Source: Pontiella sp. (GTDB lineage Bacteria > Verrucomicrobiota > Kiritimatiellia > Kiritimatiellales > Pontiellaceae). Taken from it: 57,913 nucleotides of DNA. Below, piece after piece: positions 38,025 to 47,210 of this stretch; within the stretch, counting starts at the first letter, position 1; every line of letters starts with the position of its first letter. A program made the translations under genes and the position numbers. Location of the stretch: positions 1 to 57,913 of the forward strand of contig JBGSLE010000554.1 in NCBI GenBank assembly GCA_041740875.1. The letters run 5' to 3'. The notes under the pieces were generated by a model that was given only the letters and a program-made list of their open reading frames with translations, was not told the origin of the DNA and did not search any database.

Positions 38025-39427
38025 ACCCGGACCACCTCGGCACCGATATATTTCTCCAACGCTTCCTGTACGGCATCGGCCACGTGGCCTTCCGTCAGCA
38101 CGGTGTGGTGGCGGTGTCCGGCCGAGCCGATGGTGCGCAGCACGCCCTGGAGGTTTGCGATTTCGGCGACGCCGGCGCAGCCAAAGAACGCGGAAGGAAT
38201 GGTGTCCGTGGTGATTATCCCTTCGCCCAGGTAAAACTGCAGCTTACCGTTCATGGTCTTCATGCCGCAGAAGGTCATCTCCATCGGTTTGATCCGGCCG
38301 ACGTTGCAGCCCCACGAACAGCCGCTGCCCAGTGCCGGAACCAGCAATTCATGGTCGACCACATGGCCTTTGGCGGTCATCAGGCTTTGCGGGACGGGAC
38401 CGCAGTGGAAGAGGATGCACTTGTCGGGCTCCTGGCCATAGTTGTTGTTCCAATCCAGGTTCGTGACCGCCTGTCCGGTGGCGGCATGCAGCGCCGCCAT
38501 GGCGACTGCGCTGCAAACATCCACTTCGCAGGCCGCCATCAGGCCGCGGTCGTTCATTTCGCCCATCAGCACGCACGGCGAGATGCCCAGCGTTTGCTGC
38601 AATTCAATCCAGCAGCGCAACGCCAAGGCGTCCAAGCGGTAGTCTTGCGCAATCCGGTCGAGCGCCACGCCGAGGCGGGCGATGTCGGTCAACGCTTTTT
38701 CCGGAACGCCCGTCCAGTTGGTATAGCCCTTTAAAAGCGTCCGTTTCGCGAGGGTTGCGTCGGAGTCTGGCGCTGCTTTTTCAAACTGCATGAACACGTT
38801 GGAGAGGTCGAGCGTTTCAACCGTGATGCCGTGCTGCTGCAGCGCGATTTCATCGAAGCGAACCGCCTTGAACGGCGTGGTGCGGGCGCCGATCGCCCCG
38901 ACGGTCAGGTTTTTCAGGCTTTCGGTGACCCGGCACACGCGGTCGAAATGAACGATATTTTCCTTGAAGGCCGGATCGTTCGGATGGACGGCATGCGGTT
39001 CGAGGTTGGTAAACTTGAGCCCGTACTGGACCAGGATGTTGAGCACCGCGAACTTGCCGCAGAACGCATCGCGCCGCGTGGCCGTGGCCAGCTTGTCCAG
39101 CTCGTCGGGGTAGGCGTGGACCAGCACCGGAACCCGCACGTTTTTCAACGCTTCGATCACGCCGCCCTCGCTGCCGAAATTCGGCAGGCAGAGGATCACA
39201 CCGTGGAATTTTCCGCGCTGCGCATCGAGGAACTCGGCAAACAATTTGCCTTCCGCCGGGCTTTCAACCGCGCCGGATGCCGTGGCTCCGGACTCCAGCA
39301 TCAAGACCCCGTGGCCCAGCGCGCCGAGCGCCTGGCTCATTTCGTCGCGGGCTTGCTGGATGAGTGCGGCGGGAAAGGTGCCCCGGTTGCCAAAAAACAG
39401 GGCGAAGGTGGATTTTGTACTTTTCAT
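38021..39427 (-). CDS. L-fucose/L-arabinose isomerase-family protein (FucI-like), substrate unknown
   Basis: GNRGTFP, LPNFGSE, RRDAFCGK, ALRCW, ACEVD, FHCG, C-terminal HRHHTVL; cytoplasmic. Confidence 0.88.
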   Translation of the reverse strand: MKSTKSTFALFFGNRGTFPAALIQQARDEMSQALGALGHGVLMLESGATASGAVESPAEGKLFAEFLDAQRGKFHGVILCLPNFGSEGGVIEALKNVRVPVLVHAYPDELDKLATATRRDAFCGKFAVLNILVQYGLKFTNLEPHAVHPNDPAFKENIVHFDRVCRVTESLKNLTVGAIGARTTPFKAVRFDEIALQQHGITVETLDLSNVFMQFEKAAPDSDATLAKRTLLKGYTNWTGVPEKALTDIARLGVALDRIAQDYRLDALALRCWIELQQTLGISPCVLMGEMNDRGLMAACEVDVCSAVAMAALHAATGQAVTNLDWNNNYGQEPDKCILFHCGPVPQSLMTAKGHVVDHELLVPALGSGCSWGCNVGRIKPMEMTFCGMKTMNGKLQFYLGEGIITTDTIPSAFFGCAGVAEIANLQGVLRTIGSAGHRHHTVLTEGHVADAVQEALEKYIGAEVVRV

Positions 39428-39448
39428 ATATTCCTTAAAAATCTTCGG

Positions 39449-40519
39449 CTACGAAAATCCGAAGATGCTGGTTTGCGTGTAGACAGAACCCGGATCAAGG
39501 CGGGCGGAGGTATAGCCCGGAATGGTTTCCGAGAGGTTGGGGGAATCCGGGAAGAGCTGCGGCTCCAGGCAGAAGCCGGAACGGTGCGGGTAGTTGACCC
39601 CGCCTTTTCCGGTCACTGTGCCGTCCAGGAAGTTGCCGCTGTAAAACTGGATGCCGGGTTCGGTCGTCCAGACCCGCAGCATGCGTCCGGATTCAGGCTC
39701 AAACACCGTCGCGGCCAGGACGGGGCGTTCGTTTTTGGAGGAATTCAAAACATAGTTGTGATCGTAGCCGGTGAGCATCTGGTCGTGCTTGGCGCCGATC
39801 CGCTCCCCGATGGCCGTGGGGTCGCGGAAATCCAGCGGGGTGCCGTCCAGCGGGGCAATGGCGGTGGGAATGCAGGTTTTGTCGATCGCCGTGAAGCTAC
39901 CGGCGTTGATTTGCAGGATGTGGTCTAGAATCGGCCTTCCGCTGGCCTCGCCCGCCAGGTTGAAATAGGTGTGGTTTGTCAGGTTGACCACCGTCGGGCG
40001 ATCCGTCGTGGCCGTGTATTCAATCCGCAATGCGTTGGCATCGGTCAGCGTGTAGGCGACTTGGATGCGCAGCGTTCCGGGGTATCCCTCTTCTCCATCC
40101 GGGCTGAGGTATGAAAGCAGCAAGGCCGTGCCGTCGGGGGTGGCGGCCGTTTCCGCATGCCATATTCGCTTGTCGAACCCCCGGATTCCGCCGTGCAGAT
40201 GGTTCGGGCCGTCGTTGCAGGCGAGGGTGTACGTCACGCCGTCCAAGGCAAAGGCGCCCTTGGCGATCCGGTTGGCATACCGCCCCGTGATGCAGCCGAA
40301 ATAGGGATGCCCGGCGGCATACGCCTCGGCCGAGTTGAAGCCGAGGACGATGTCGTCGAAGCACCCGTTCCGGTCCGGCGCGTGGATGGAGGTGATGATG
40401 CCGCCATTGTTGGTGATGGATACGCGCATTCCGCGGGCATTCGACAGGGTGAAGAGTTCGACCTCCTGCCCGTCGATCTGCCCGAATGGCGCTGTCAGAA
40501 TGGTTGGCTTTGCTGTCAT
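39449..40519 (-). CDS. galM: Aldose 1-epimerase (mutarotase)
   Basis: GRYANRIAKG, NHLHGG, DGEEGYPG, NLTNHTYFNL, GYDHNY, QFYSGNFL, GFCLEPQ. Confidence 0.95.
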   Translation of the reverse strand: MTAKPTILTAPFGQIDGQEVELFTLSNARGMRVSITNNGGIITSIHAPDRNGCFDDIVLGFNSAEAYAAGHPYFGCITGRYANRIAKGAFALDGVTYTLACNDGPNHLHGGIRGFDKRIWHAETAATPDGTALLLSYLSPDGEEGYPGTLRIQVAYTLTDANALRIEYTATTDRPTVVNLTNHTYFNLAGEASGRPILDHILQINAGSFTAIDKTCIPTAIAPLDGTPLDFRDPTAIGERIGAKHDQMLTGYDHNYVLNSSKNERPVLAATVFEPESGRMLRVWTTEPGIQFYSGNFLDGTVTGKGGVNYPHRSGFCLEPQLFPDSPNLSETIPGYTSARLDPGSVYTQTSIFGFS

Positions 40520-40534
40520 AGGGTCTGTTCGGCG

Positions 40535-41929
40535 TTAACCGGGCATGTCTTCGAGTTCGATGCCTTTGGTTTCATGGACAAACCTTTTCGTAAAGAAGAA
40601 GGAGACCAGTGCGAAGATCGCATAAACCCAGTACGACGGTCCGAGGCCCATGCCGACCAGCATGATCGGAAAGGTCATCGTGACCGCAAAGTTGGAAGTC
40701 CATTGAGAGAATCCGCTGACACCAAGAGCCGAACCACGAATCTGGTTGGGGAACATTTCGCCCAGCAGCACCCACATGACCGGCCCCCACGAGAAATTGA
40801 AAAAGAATAGAAATACATTTGCTGAAATTAGCGCAACTGTGCCCTGCAAACCGGTCAGTATCAGTTTTTTGTCTTCATCCAGTCCGCCACTGGAAAAGAC
40901 GATCGCCATAATCGCCAACGAAATGAACATGCCGATCGAACCAATCAGGAGAATCCGTTTGCGCCCCATCTTTTCAATGGTCAACAAGGTGACCACACAA
41001 CCAAAAATACTGACCACCGCTCCAATGACATTCGTCAACAGCGATTGATCTTCCGTAAAACCGGCGGCTTGCCACAATACGGCACCATAATAGAAGACCA
41101 CGTTGATGCCCACCACCTGCTGGAAGAAGGCCAGCCCGACGCCGACCCACACGATGGGGCGGAAGCCGAACTTGCCGAGCACATCCCGGAAAACGGGGCG
41201 ATGGTGGTCGGCCGAGAGCGATCCCGCGATTTCGTCGTACTTGGACTGCGCATCGTCGCCCATCAACTTTGTCAGCACGCCCAATGCGCGCTCTTTTTTG
41301 CCCGAGGCCACTAGGAAGCGTGGGCTTTCCGGAATGAGCATCAACGCAAAGAAAAACACAACGGCAGGTGCCATTTCGATCCAGAACATCCAGCGCCAAG
41401 CCGTATAGCCGAGCGCGAATTCCTGCATGGATCCCCCGGCGCATTTGGCAATCAGCCAATTGCTCAAAAAGGAGAAGAAGATGCCGAGCAGGATGGAAAT
41501 CTGCTGCACGGAAGAGAGCATGCCGCGAATGTTGGCCGGAGCAATCTCGCTGATGTAGGCCGGCGCCAGGATCGATGCGGCGCCGACGGCCAGTCCGCCG
41601 AGGACGCGATACAACACGAATTCCGCCGAGCCGGTGGCAATCCCCGAGCCCCAGGCGCTGACGGTAAAGAAGACCGCGGCCACCAGCAGCACATTGCGCC
41701 GTCCGATACGGTCCGCCGCGCGTCCGGCAATCGCCGCACCCAAGGCGCAGCCCAACAACATGGAGGCCACATTGAACCCGCTGGCGACGGTTTCGGAATT
41801 AAACGCCGCTTTCAAGCCATCCTGCGTTCCGTTGATCACTCCCGAATCATAGCCGAACAGGAAGCCGCCTATGGTCGCCACCAACGTAATCAGGATCGTG
41901 AATCCGAGATGAGTCTTTTTACCTGCCAT
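40535..41929 (-). CDS. MFS sugar porter (GalP/XylE family)
   Basis: GGFLFGYDSGVING, DRIGRR, YISEIAP, PESPR, QQVVGINVVFYY, WGPVMWVLLGEMFP, ETKG. Confidence 0.96.
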   Translation of the reverse strand: MAGKKTHLGFTILITLVATIGGFLFGYDSGVINGTQDGLKAAFNSETVASGFNVASMLLGCALGAAIAGRAADRIGRRNVLLVAAVFFTVSAWGSGIATGSAEFVLYRVLGGLAVGAASILAPAYISEIAPANIRGMLSSVQQISILLGIFFSFLSNWLIAKCAGGSMQEFALGYTAWRWMFWIEMAPAVVFFFALMLIPESPRFLVASGKKERALGVLTKLMGDDAQSKYDEIAGSLSADHHRPVFRDVLGKFGFRPIVWVGVGLAFFQQVVGINVVFYYGAVLWQAAGFTEDQSLLTNVIGAVVSIFGCVVTLLTIEKMGRKRILLIGSIGMFISLAIMAIVFSSGGLDEDKKLILTGLQGTVALISANVFLFFFNFSWGPVMWVLLGEMFPNQIRGSALGVSGFSQWTSNFAVTMTFPIMLVGMGLGPSYWVYAIFALVSFFFTKRFVHETKGIELEDMPG

Positions 41930-41986
41930 ATATCCTCGCTTCTGGTTGATTAGCCCCCATGCATTGATGCATGCATATCAAGTTCA

Positions 41987-42050
41987 ATAGGATGCCACGT
42001 CGAGAGGGTGGATTACCTTCATTATAGTTCAAAATAATAGCACAATATTC
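41987..42050 (-). promoter_or_regulatory. Regulon motif copy 4 plus extended -10 upstream of the transporter/catabolic operon
   Basis: - strand GAATATTGTGCTattattttGAACTATAATGAAGGT (42050-42015), then TGg-CATCCT. Confidence 0.8.
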
Positions 42051-42172
42051 TTTCGCAACGGGAGCCGCGCCCGTCAGGGTTCGGGCCGATTGGGCCGTTT
42101 TTATTCGATTTTCCACTTTCGGGCCACCCGCTACGTCGCTACGACTGCCGAAGCGAGGATTCGTTGTGTGTG

Positions 42173-43594
42173 CTATTTTTTAGCCTTCTTCTTATCCTTT
42201 TTCTTGTCCTGCTGCTTCGGCTGTTGCCATGCCCCTTGCACCATCGTCACGGGTTCGCCCAAGAGCAGCGGGGTGCCATAGACGGTCTCTTTATCGCCCT
42301 GTTCCTTCATCCAGATCGTGAGTTCGGCGCGCATCGATTTTAGGCGTTCGGCCTGTTCTGGATTGTTGGCGAGGTTGTTCAGCTCGAAGGGGTCGGCTTG
42401 GAGGTCGTAGAGCTCCTCTTCCGGATGTTCGCTGAAACGTTTGACGATGGCGGCGGCGGAGGGATCGGTTTCGGCGGCGGTCAGCCACGTGTTCCAAAAG
42501 ACGATTCCGCTGGGTCCCGTGGAGCGTGTGATGTGCGATTGGTGCTGAAATTCGGGATGGAGGTTGCGGATATATTTCCAGCGGGAGGTTTGCACGCTGC
42601 GGATGGGATAGACGTTAAAGTCGCCGTCGCAACTGTGTGCGGTGAAGATGCGGTCACGATGGGTCGTGGCGGTACCGCGCAGGACGGCGGCATACGATTT
42701 TCCGTCGATGTCCTTGGGAACGGTTCCGCCGGCCAGTTCGATGAAGGTGGGAATCATGTCGGGCCAGGAGACCATGGCGTCGGTGCTGGTGGCGGGTGCG
42801 ATGTGGCCGGGCCAGCTAATGATGAGCGGGACGTGGATGCCTGCGTCGTAGCAGGTCCATTTGCCGAAGGGCCAATTGCCGCCATTGTCGCCGGTGAAGA
42901 GGGTGAGGGTATCGCCGGGTACGTTCTCTTTGACGAGTGCGCGGAGTTCGCCGAGCAGGGTGTCGGCTCGCGTCACGTCGGTGGAGTATTTTGCGCGTTC
43001 TTCGCGGGTCGCGACGGTATCGACCTGTGTGGGCGGCAGGCGCAGCTTGGCGGGGTCGTAGCCTTCGTTCGTTTTCCACGGGGTGTGCGGGTGGCGCGTG
43101 CCGTAAAAGAGGCAGAGCGGCTTGGATTTGTCGCGTTCGGTGAGGAATTTGGCGACCGCAACGGTATTGGTCGATCCTCCCGGGGTGTCGATGACGACAT
43201 TGAAGTGGTGGTATTTTGCCCAGGCGTTATGCGCCACCTTGCCGCAGGCAACCACTTCATAACCGAGCGATTTGAGCACGGGAATCAGCGATATGATGTC
43301 GTCGCGCGGGGGCTGGTGGTTTTGTTCGGCCCCGTTGCGGGCAGGCCAGAGGCCGGTGAGCATCGCCGTGCGGCTCGGCCCGCAGGCGGGGGAAGCGACG
43401 TAGGCTTTATTGAATTTTAGGCCGTCCGCTGCTAGGCGTGCAATGTTTGGCGTGCGCAGATCGGAGCCGTAGGGTTCCGAATCCAACACGTTCAGATCGT
43501 CGCAGATAAAGACCACGATGTTCGGCTTTTCTGCCGCATAGAGGGACGGCAGGAGGAGTCCCAGTGCCAAGGAGATGAGGTGCGTTTTTGGCAT
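42173..43594 (-). CDS. S1 sulfatase (N-sulfoglucosamine sulfohydrolase-like)
   Basis: PNIVVFICDD, CGPSRTAMLTG, GKVAH, GDNG, GKWTCYDAG, YPIRS, EELYDL; Lys-rich tail. Confidence 0.94.
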   Translation of the reverse strand: MPKTHLISLALGLLLPSLYAAEKPNIVVFICDDLNVLDSEPYGSDLRTPNIARLAADGLKFNKAYVASPACGPSRTAMLTGLWPARNGAEQNHQPPRDDIISLIPVLKSLGYEVVACGKVAHNAWAKYHHFNVVIDTPGGSTNTVAVAKFLTERDKSKPLCLFYGTRHPHTPWKTNEGYDPAKLRLPPTQVDTVATREERAKYSTDVTRADTLLGELRALVKENVPGDTLTLFTGDNGGNWPFGKWTCYDAGIHVPLIISWPGHIAPATSTDAMVSWPDMIPTFIELAGGTVPKDIDGKSYAAVLRGTATTHRDRIFTAHSCDGDFNVYPIRSVQTSRWKYIRNLHPEFQHQSHITRSTGPSGIVFWNTWLTAAETDPSAAAIVKRFSEHPEEELYDLQADPFELNNLANNPEQAERLKSMRAELTIWMKEQGDKETVYGTPLLLGEPVTMVQGAWQQPKQQDKKKDKKKAKK

Positions 43595-45063
43595 TATTTT
43601 TTACCTTTCTTTGATTTAGCTGAGTCGGCTGTCGGTTCTTTTTTCTTTCCGGTGCTCGACTCTTTAGCTTCCTCTTTTTGTTTGCCTTGGCGGGTGGGCG
43701 CTAAGTTTTCTGTTTCCAGCCCCTTGTCGCCCTGCTGCGTCATCCAGCGATCCATCTGTTCGCTCAACCGCGCCTTGATCGGGGCACATTCGGGGTTGGC
43801 GGCGAGGTTTTTGGTCTCCATGGGATCGTTTTGCAGGTCGTAGAGTTCTTCCGCCGGACGGTGGTAGAGCCAGTCAATCCGTTTGTTCAGCGCGGCATCG
43901 GTAGACGCCTCTTTTTCCCATGAGACGAGGACTTTGTCTTTATGGATGCCCATGATTTCATAGGTGTTGTCCGGCGCGAGGTTGCGGATGTATTTGTAGC
44001 GGATGTCGCGGGCGGAGCGCATCGGGTACGGTTCTTTGGCTCCAATAACGCCCACGGTGGTGTGTTGGGCAAAAACATAGTCCCGCAGATGGTTCGATTT
44101 TCCTAGCAAGACATCCAGAAAGTTTTTGCCGTCAAAGCCGCGATAGCCGGTGGTATCGGGACAGCCGGTGTCGATTTTTGTTGGATCTTCGCCGATGACG
44201 GCGAGCAGGGTCGGCGGAATGTCGAGGTATTCGATGAGCGCATCGTTGGTCGATCCCGGTTTTACCTTGCCCGGCCAGCGGACGACGGTGGCCGAGTGAA
44301 TGCCATTGTCATACACGGACCATTTGCCGCCATACGGGAATGAACTGCCTTGTTCGCTCACGAAGATGACGAGCGTGTTGTCGGCCTGTTGGGTGTCGTC
44401 GAGAATGTTCAGCAAGGACCCGACTTGCGAGTCGAGCGAGGAGATTTCCCCATAATACGCGGCCAGTGCGGTACGCGTGGTTTCATTGTCGTGTAGATAC
44501 GGCGGCACGGTTAACTTGGCCGGATCGTAAAGATCCTTGGGGCCGCGATCCCACGGGGCATGCGGATCGTTCGAGGCAAACACGGCCAGCCAGGGTTGCT
44601 TTTTATCGCGGGTCACAAATTTGGCAAACGCGGGGAAGTTGTCCTGATCGGCACTGATGTTTTCAAACGGGAAGGAGGCTCGTGGGTTGATATGCGTCTT
44701 GGCTTGAAGTCCGACCCGATAGCCGAGTGCCTTGAAATAGGTGAACATGCTCTTGGTGCCATCATACACGTGGGTATGGTTGGGATAGGCTCCGGAGCGG
44801 ATGCAATCGAGTCCGGTATACAGCGCATGGCGGGTGGGGGAGCAGGTGGTGGCGGAATTGAACATGTTGCGCAGCCAGACGCCTTCGCTGCGCAACTGGT
44901 CGATGTGGGGTGTTTTCACATCGGAATTGCCCGTGAAACCCAGATCGCTCCAGGTCAGATCGTCCGCCACGATCAAGAGAACGTTGGGCCGGGGTGCCGT
45001 GATGGCTGCGAAGGTGCTGCTCAGTAGGCAGAGCGATGTTGCGATAAGAGTGATTTTGTTCAT
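43594..45063 (-). CDS. S1 sulfatase (N-sulfoglucosamine sulfohydrolase-like)
   Basis: Start MNKITLIAT; PNVLLIVADD, CSPTRHALYTG, SEQG, GKWSVYDNG, YPMRS; Lys-rich tail. Confidence 0.94.
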   Translation of the reverse strand: MNKITLIATSLCLLSSTFAAITAPRPNVLLIVADDLTWSDLGFTGNSDVKTPHIDQLRSEGVWLRNMFNSATTCSPTRHALYTGLDCIRSGAYPNHTHVYDGTKSMFTYFKALGYRVGLQAKTHINPRASFPFENISADQDNFPAFAKFVTRDKKQPWLAVFASNDPHAPWDRGPKDLYDPAKLTVPPYLHDNETTRTALAAYYGEISSLDSQVGSLLNILDDTQQADNTLVIFVSEQGSSFPYGGKWSVYDNGIHSATVVRWPGKVKPGSTNDALIEYLDIPPTLLAVIGEDPTKIDTGCPDTTGYRGFDGKNFLDVLLGKSNHLRDYVFAQHTTVGVIGAKEPYPMRSARDIRYKYIRNLAPDNTYEIMGIHKDKVLVSWEKEASTDAALNKRIDWLYHRPAEELYDLQNDPMETKNLAANPECAPIKARLSEQMDRWMTQQGDKGLETENLAPTRQGKQKEEAKESSTGKKKEPTADSAKSKKGKK

Positions 45064-45076
45064 TGCTTTCCTTTTA

Positions 45077-46801
45077 TTATTTGTGTTTATCACTTTTCTT
45101 TTCTGATTTTCCTTTTTCGAGGGGCCACGGGCGGACGCCGACGCGCTCGGCCCAGCTATCCCACAGCGCGGCCATCTCTTGGGTGCGTTCGGGGTGTTTG
45201 GCCGCGAGATCGTGCATTTCGGTGCGATCGGCGGCCATGTTGTAGAGTTCCCATTTTTTGGGATGTTTGGAGACTAGCTTCCAGTCGCCGATGCGGATGG
45301 CGCGGTTGCCTTCGTGTTCCCAGAAGAGCGGTTGCTGGCGGTTGAGCGGCTTTCCGGCGAAGGCGGACACGAGGCTTACGCCCTCCATCGGCTGAATCGC
45401 CTGTCCGGCAAATTCGGTGGGATAGGAGGCGTTTGCGAGATCGACGCAGGTCGCCATGATGTCGATCAGGTGGGCGGGCTGCGCTTCGAGCTGGCCGTGG
45501 CGTTGGGCGGGAATTCCCTTTGGCCAGTGGGCAATCAGCGGGGTACTGATGCCGCCTTCATGTTCAAAATGCTTATATTCGCGGAAGGGGGTGTTGCTGA
45601 CATTGGCCCAATCTTCGCCATAGGCGATATAGGTATCTGCCGGCCCAGGCATCACACCCTTGCCCTGGCGCACCGGATAGCCGTCGCGCGTCTGCTTGGG
45701 AATCATGCCCGTTTGGAGAACATCCTTGGCCAGCGGCTTGAGCGTGGGCGCGTCGGCGCGCGGTACGAACGGGCCGTTGCGCCCCAGTTTTTCCGCGCAG
45801 CCGCCGTTGTCCTGGAGGAAAAGGATGAGTGTGTTTTCGTATTGGCCGTTCTTTTTCAAGGTATCGACGAGCCGCCCGATGCCCTGGTCCATGGTGTCAA
45901 GCATCGCGGCATAGACCTCCATGCAGCGCGCCTCCCACGCCTTGTCGTCAACCTGGTCCCAATCGCCCGCCGTTGGCGTCACCTGCCAGCGCGGATCGAG
46001 CAGGCCGAGTTGCTTCATCTTCGCCACGCGGGCGGTACGAACCGCGTCGTAGCCGGCGTCATAGCGGCTCTTGTATTTCGCAATGTCGGCCTCCTTGGCG
46101 TGCATCGGCCAATGGGCGGCGGTGTAGGCCAGATAGAGAAAGAAGGGTTTTCCTGAGCTGGTTTTTTGATGGTCCGTGATGAAGCGCGCCGCGTTATCGG
46201 TGATGGCGTCGGTGTAGTAAAACTCCTTCGGCTGGTACTCCGGGTCGGACAGGGGCGAGATAAACTCGTTGTCCCGCGCCAGGGTGGCGGGATCGTAAAA
46301 GCTGCCTGCGCCCATAATCGTGCCATAGAAACGGTCAAAGCCGCGTTGCCGGGGCCAGTTGAAGCGGTCGGCGTCGCTTTTCGGTTTGGTTGCGGCGGTG
46401 ACATGCCATTTGCCAGCCATGTAGGTGGCGTAGCCGGCGGATTTAAGGACCTCGGCCAGCGTGACCGATTTGCGGCTCAACTCCCCGGCGTAGGCCTCTC
46501 CGGCCTTCGTGCTCCATGCGTCCGTCATATGGCCAATGCCGACCTGATGGGCATAGAGCCCCGTCAGCAGGGAGGCGCGGGTCGGGCAGCAGCGCGCGGT
46601 ATTGTAGAATTGCGTGAAGCGCACGCCCTCCTGCGCCAGCGCGTCGAGGTTCGGCGTGTTGATCTCGCTGCCAAAGCAGCCGAGGTCGGAATAGCCCACG
46701 TCGTCGCACAAAATGACGATGATGTTGGGTTGGGGTACGGCATAAGCGGCAGAGAGGACCAGGCCCGTCGCCAGGGAGAACAGTAGCTTTTTTGTTTTCA
46801 T
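45077..46801 (-). CDS. S1 arylsulfatase (AtsA-like)
   Basis: PNIIVILCDD, RCCPTRASLLTG, GKWH, YTAAHWP, MEVYAAM, QDNGG, SNTPFREYK, WEHEGNRA. Confidence 0.95.
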   Translation of the reverse strand: MKTKKLLFSLATGLVLSAAYAVPQPNIIVILCDDVGYSDLGCFGSEINTPNLDALAQEGVRFTQFYNTARCCPTRASLLTGLYAHQVGIGHMTDAWSTKAGEAYAGELSRKSVTLAEVLKSAGYATYMAGKWHVTAATKPKSDADRFNWPRQRGFDRFYGTIMGAGSFYDPATLARDNEFISPLSDPEYQPKEFYYTDAITDNAARFITDHQKTSSGKPFFLYLAYTAAHWPMHAKEADIAKYKSRYDAGYDAVRTARVAKMKQLGLLDPRWQVTPTAGDWDQVDDKAWEARCMEVYAAMLDTMDQGIGRLVDTLKKNGQYENTLILFLQDNGGCAEKLGRNGPFVPRADAPTLKPLAKDVLQTGMIPKQTRDGYPVRQGKGVMPGPADTYIAYGEDWANVSNTPFREYKHFEHEGGISTPLIAHWPKGIPAQRHGQLEAQPAHLIDIMATCVDLANASYPTEFAGQAIQPMEGVSLVSAFAGKPLNRQQPLFWEHEGNRAIRIGDWKLVSKHPKKWELYNMAADRTEMHDLAAKHPERTQEMAALWDSWAERVGVRPWPLEKGKSEKKSDKHK

Positions 46802-46936
46802 ATTTTATAATTCCTTTTCTTTTCGACGGCTTTCCCCTGCATGACCACGGTCAGGTATTCAGGGTGTTCATCTTGGTTCCTGCGTTCCTGGTTGATTAGC
46901 CCCCACTACTATTGATGCATGCATATGAAGTGGACG

Positions 46937-46997
46937 AGAATGCCACGGCAAAGGGAGGCTTACCTTCATTATAGTTCCGACAAACAGCACAATAGTT
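46937..46997 (-). promoter_or_regulatory. Regulon motif copy 5 plus extended -10 upstream of the three-sulfatase operon
   Basis: - strand AACTATTGTGCTgtttgtcgGAACTATAATGAAGGT (46997-46962), then TGg-CATTCT. Confidence 0.8.
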
Positions 46998-47210
46998 TTC
47001 CGCAATAGGCGCCGTACCCCCGCAAGGGTCGAGCCGATGGGGTGTGCGCATCCCGTTGTCCCGCCAGCATCAACGATTGTCCTTTTATTGCTACCTAGTT
47101 AGGCGCTGGGATGGTAGTATGCCACACTATATTCAATAGATTCGTTTGGCGTCATCACGCGGGTGGACTGCGTTAAAAATAGAATTATCGAATTATTCCA
47201 TGGAGGCATC

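Noticed and set aside
1619-46786. Many long antisense or shifted ORFs (e.g. 1619..3154-, 3814..5256-, 18218..19828+, 27599..28810+, 28963..30168+)
   Set aside because: They shadow well-supported genes, lack motifs, and are expected from GC-rich codon bias.
46798-46842. Short ORF MQGKAVEKKRNYKI (- strand) overlapping the arylsulfatase start as a leader peptide
   Set aside because: No clear RBS or attenuator structure; likely chance in an A-rich translation-initiation region.
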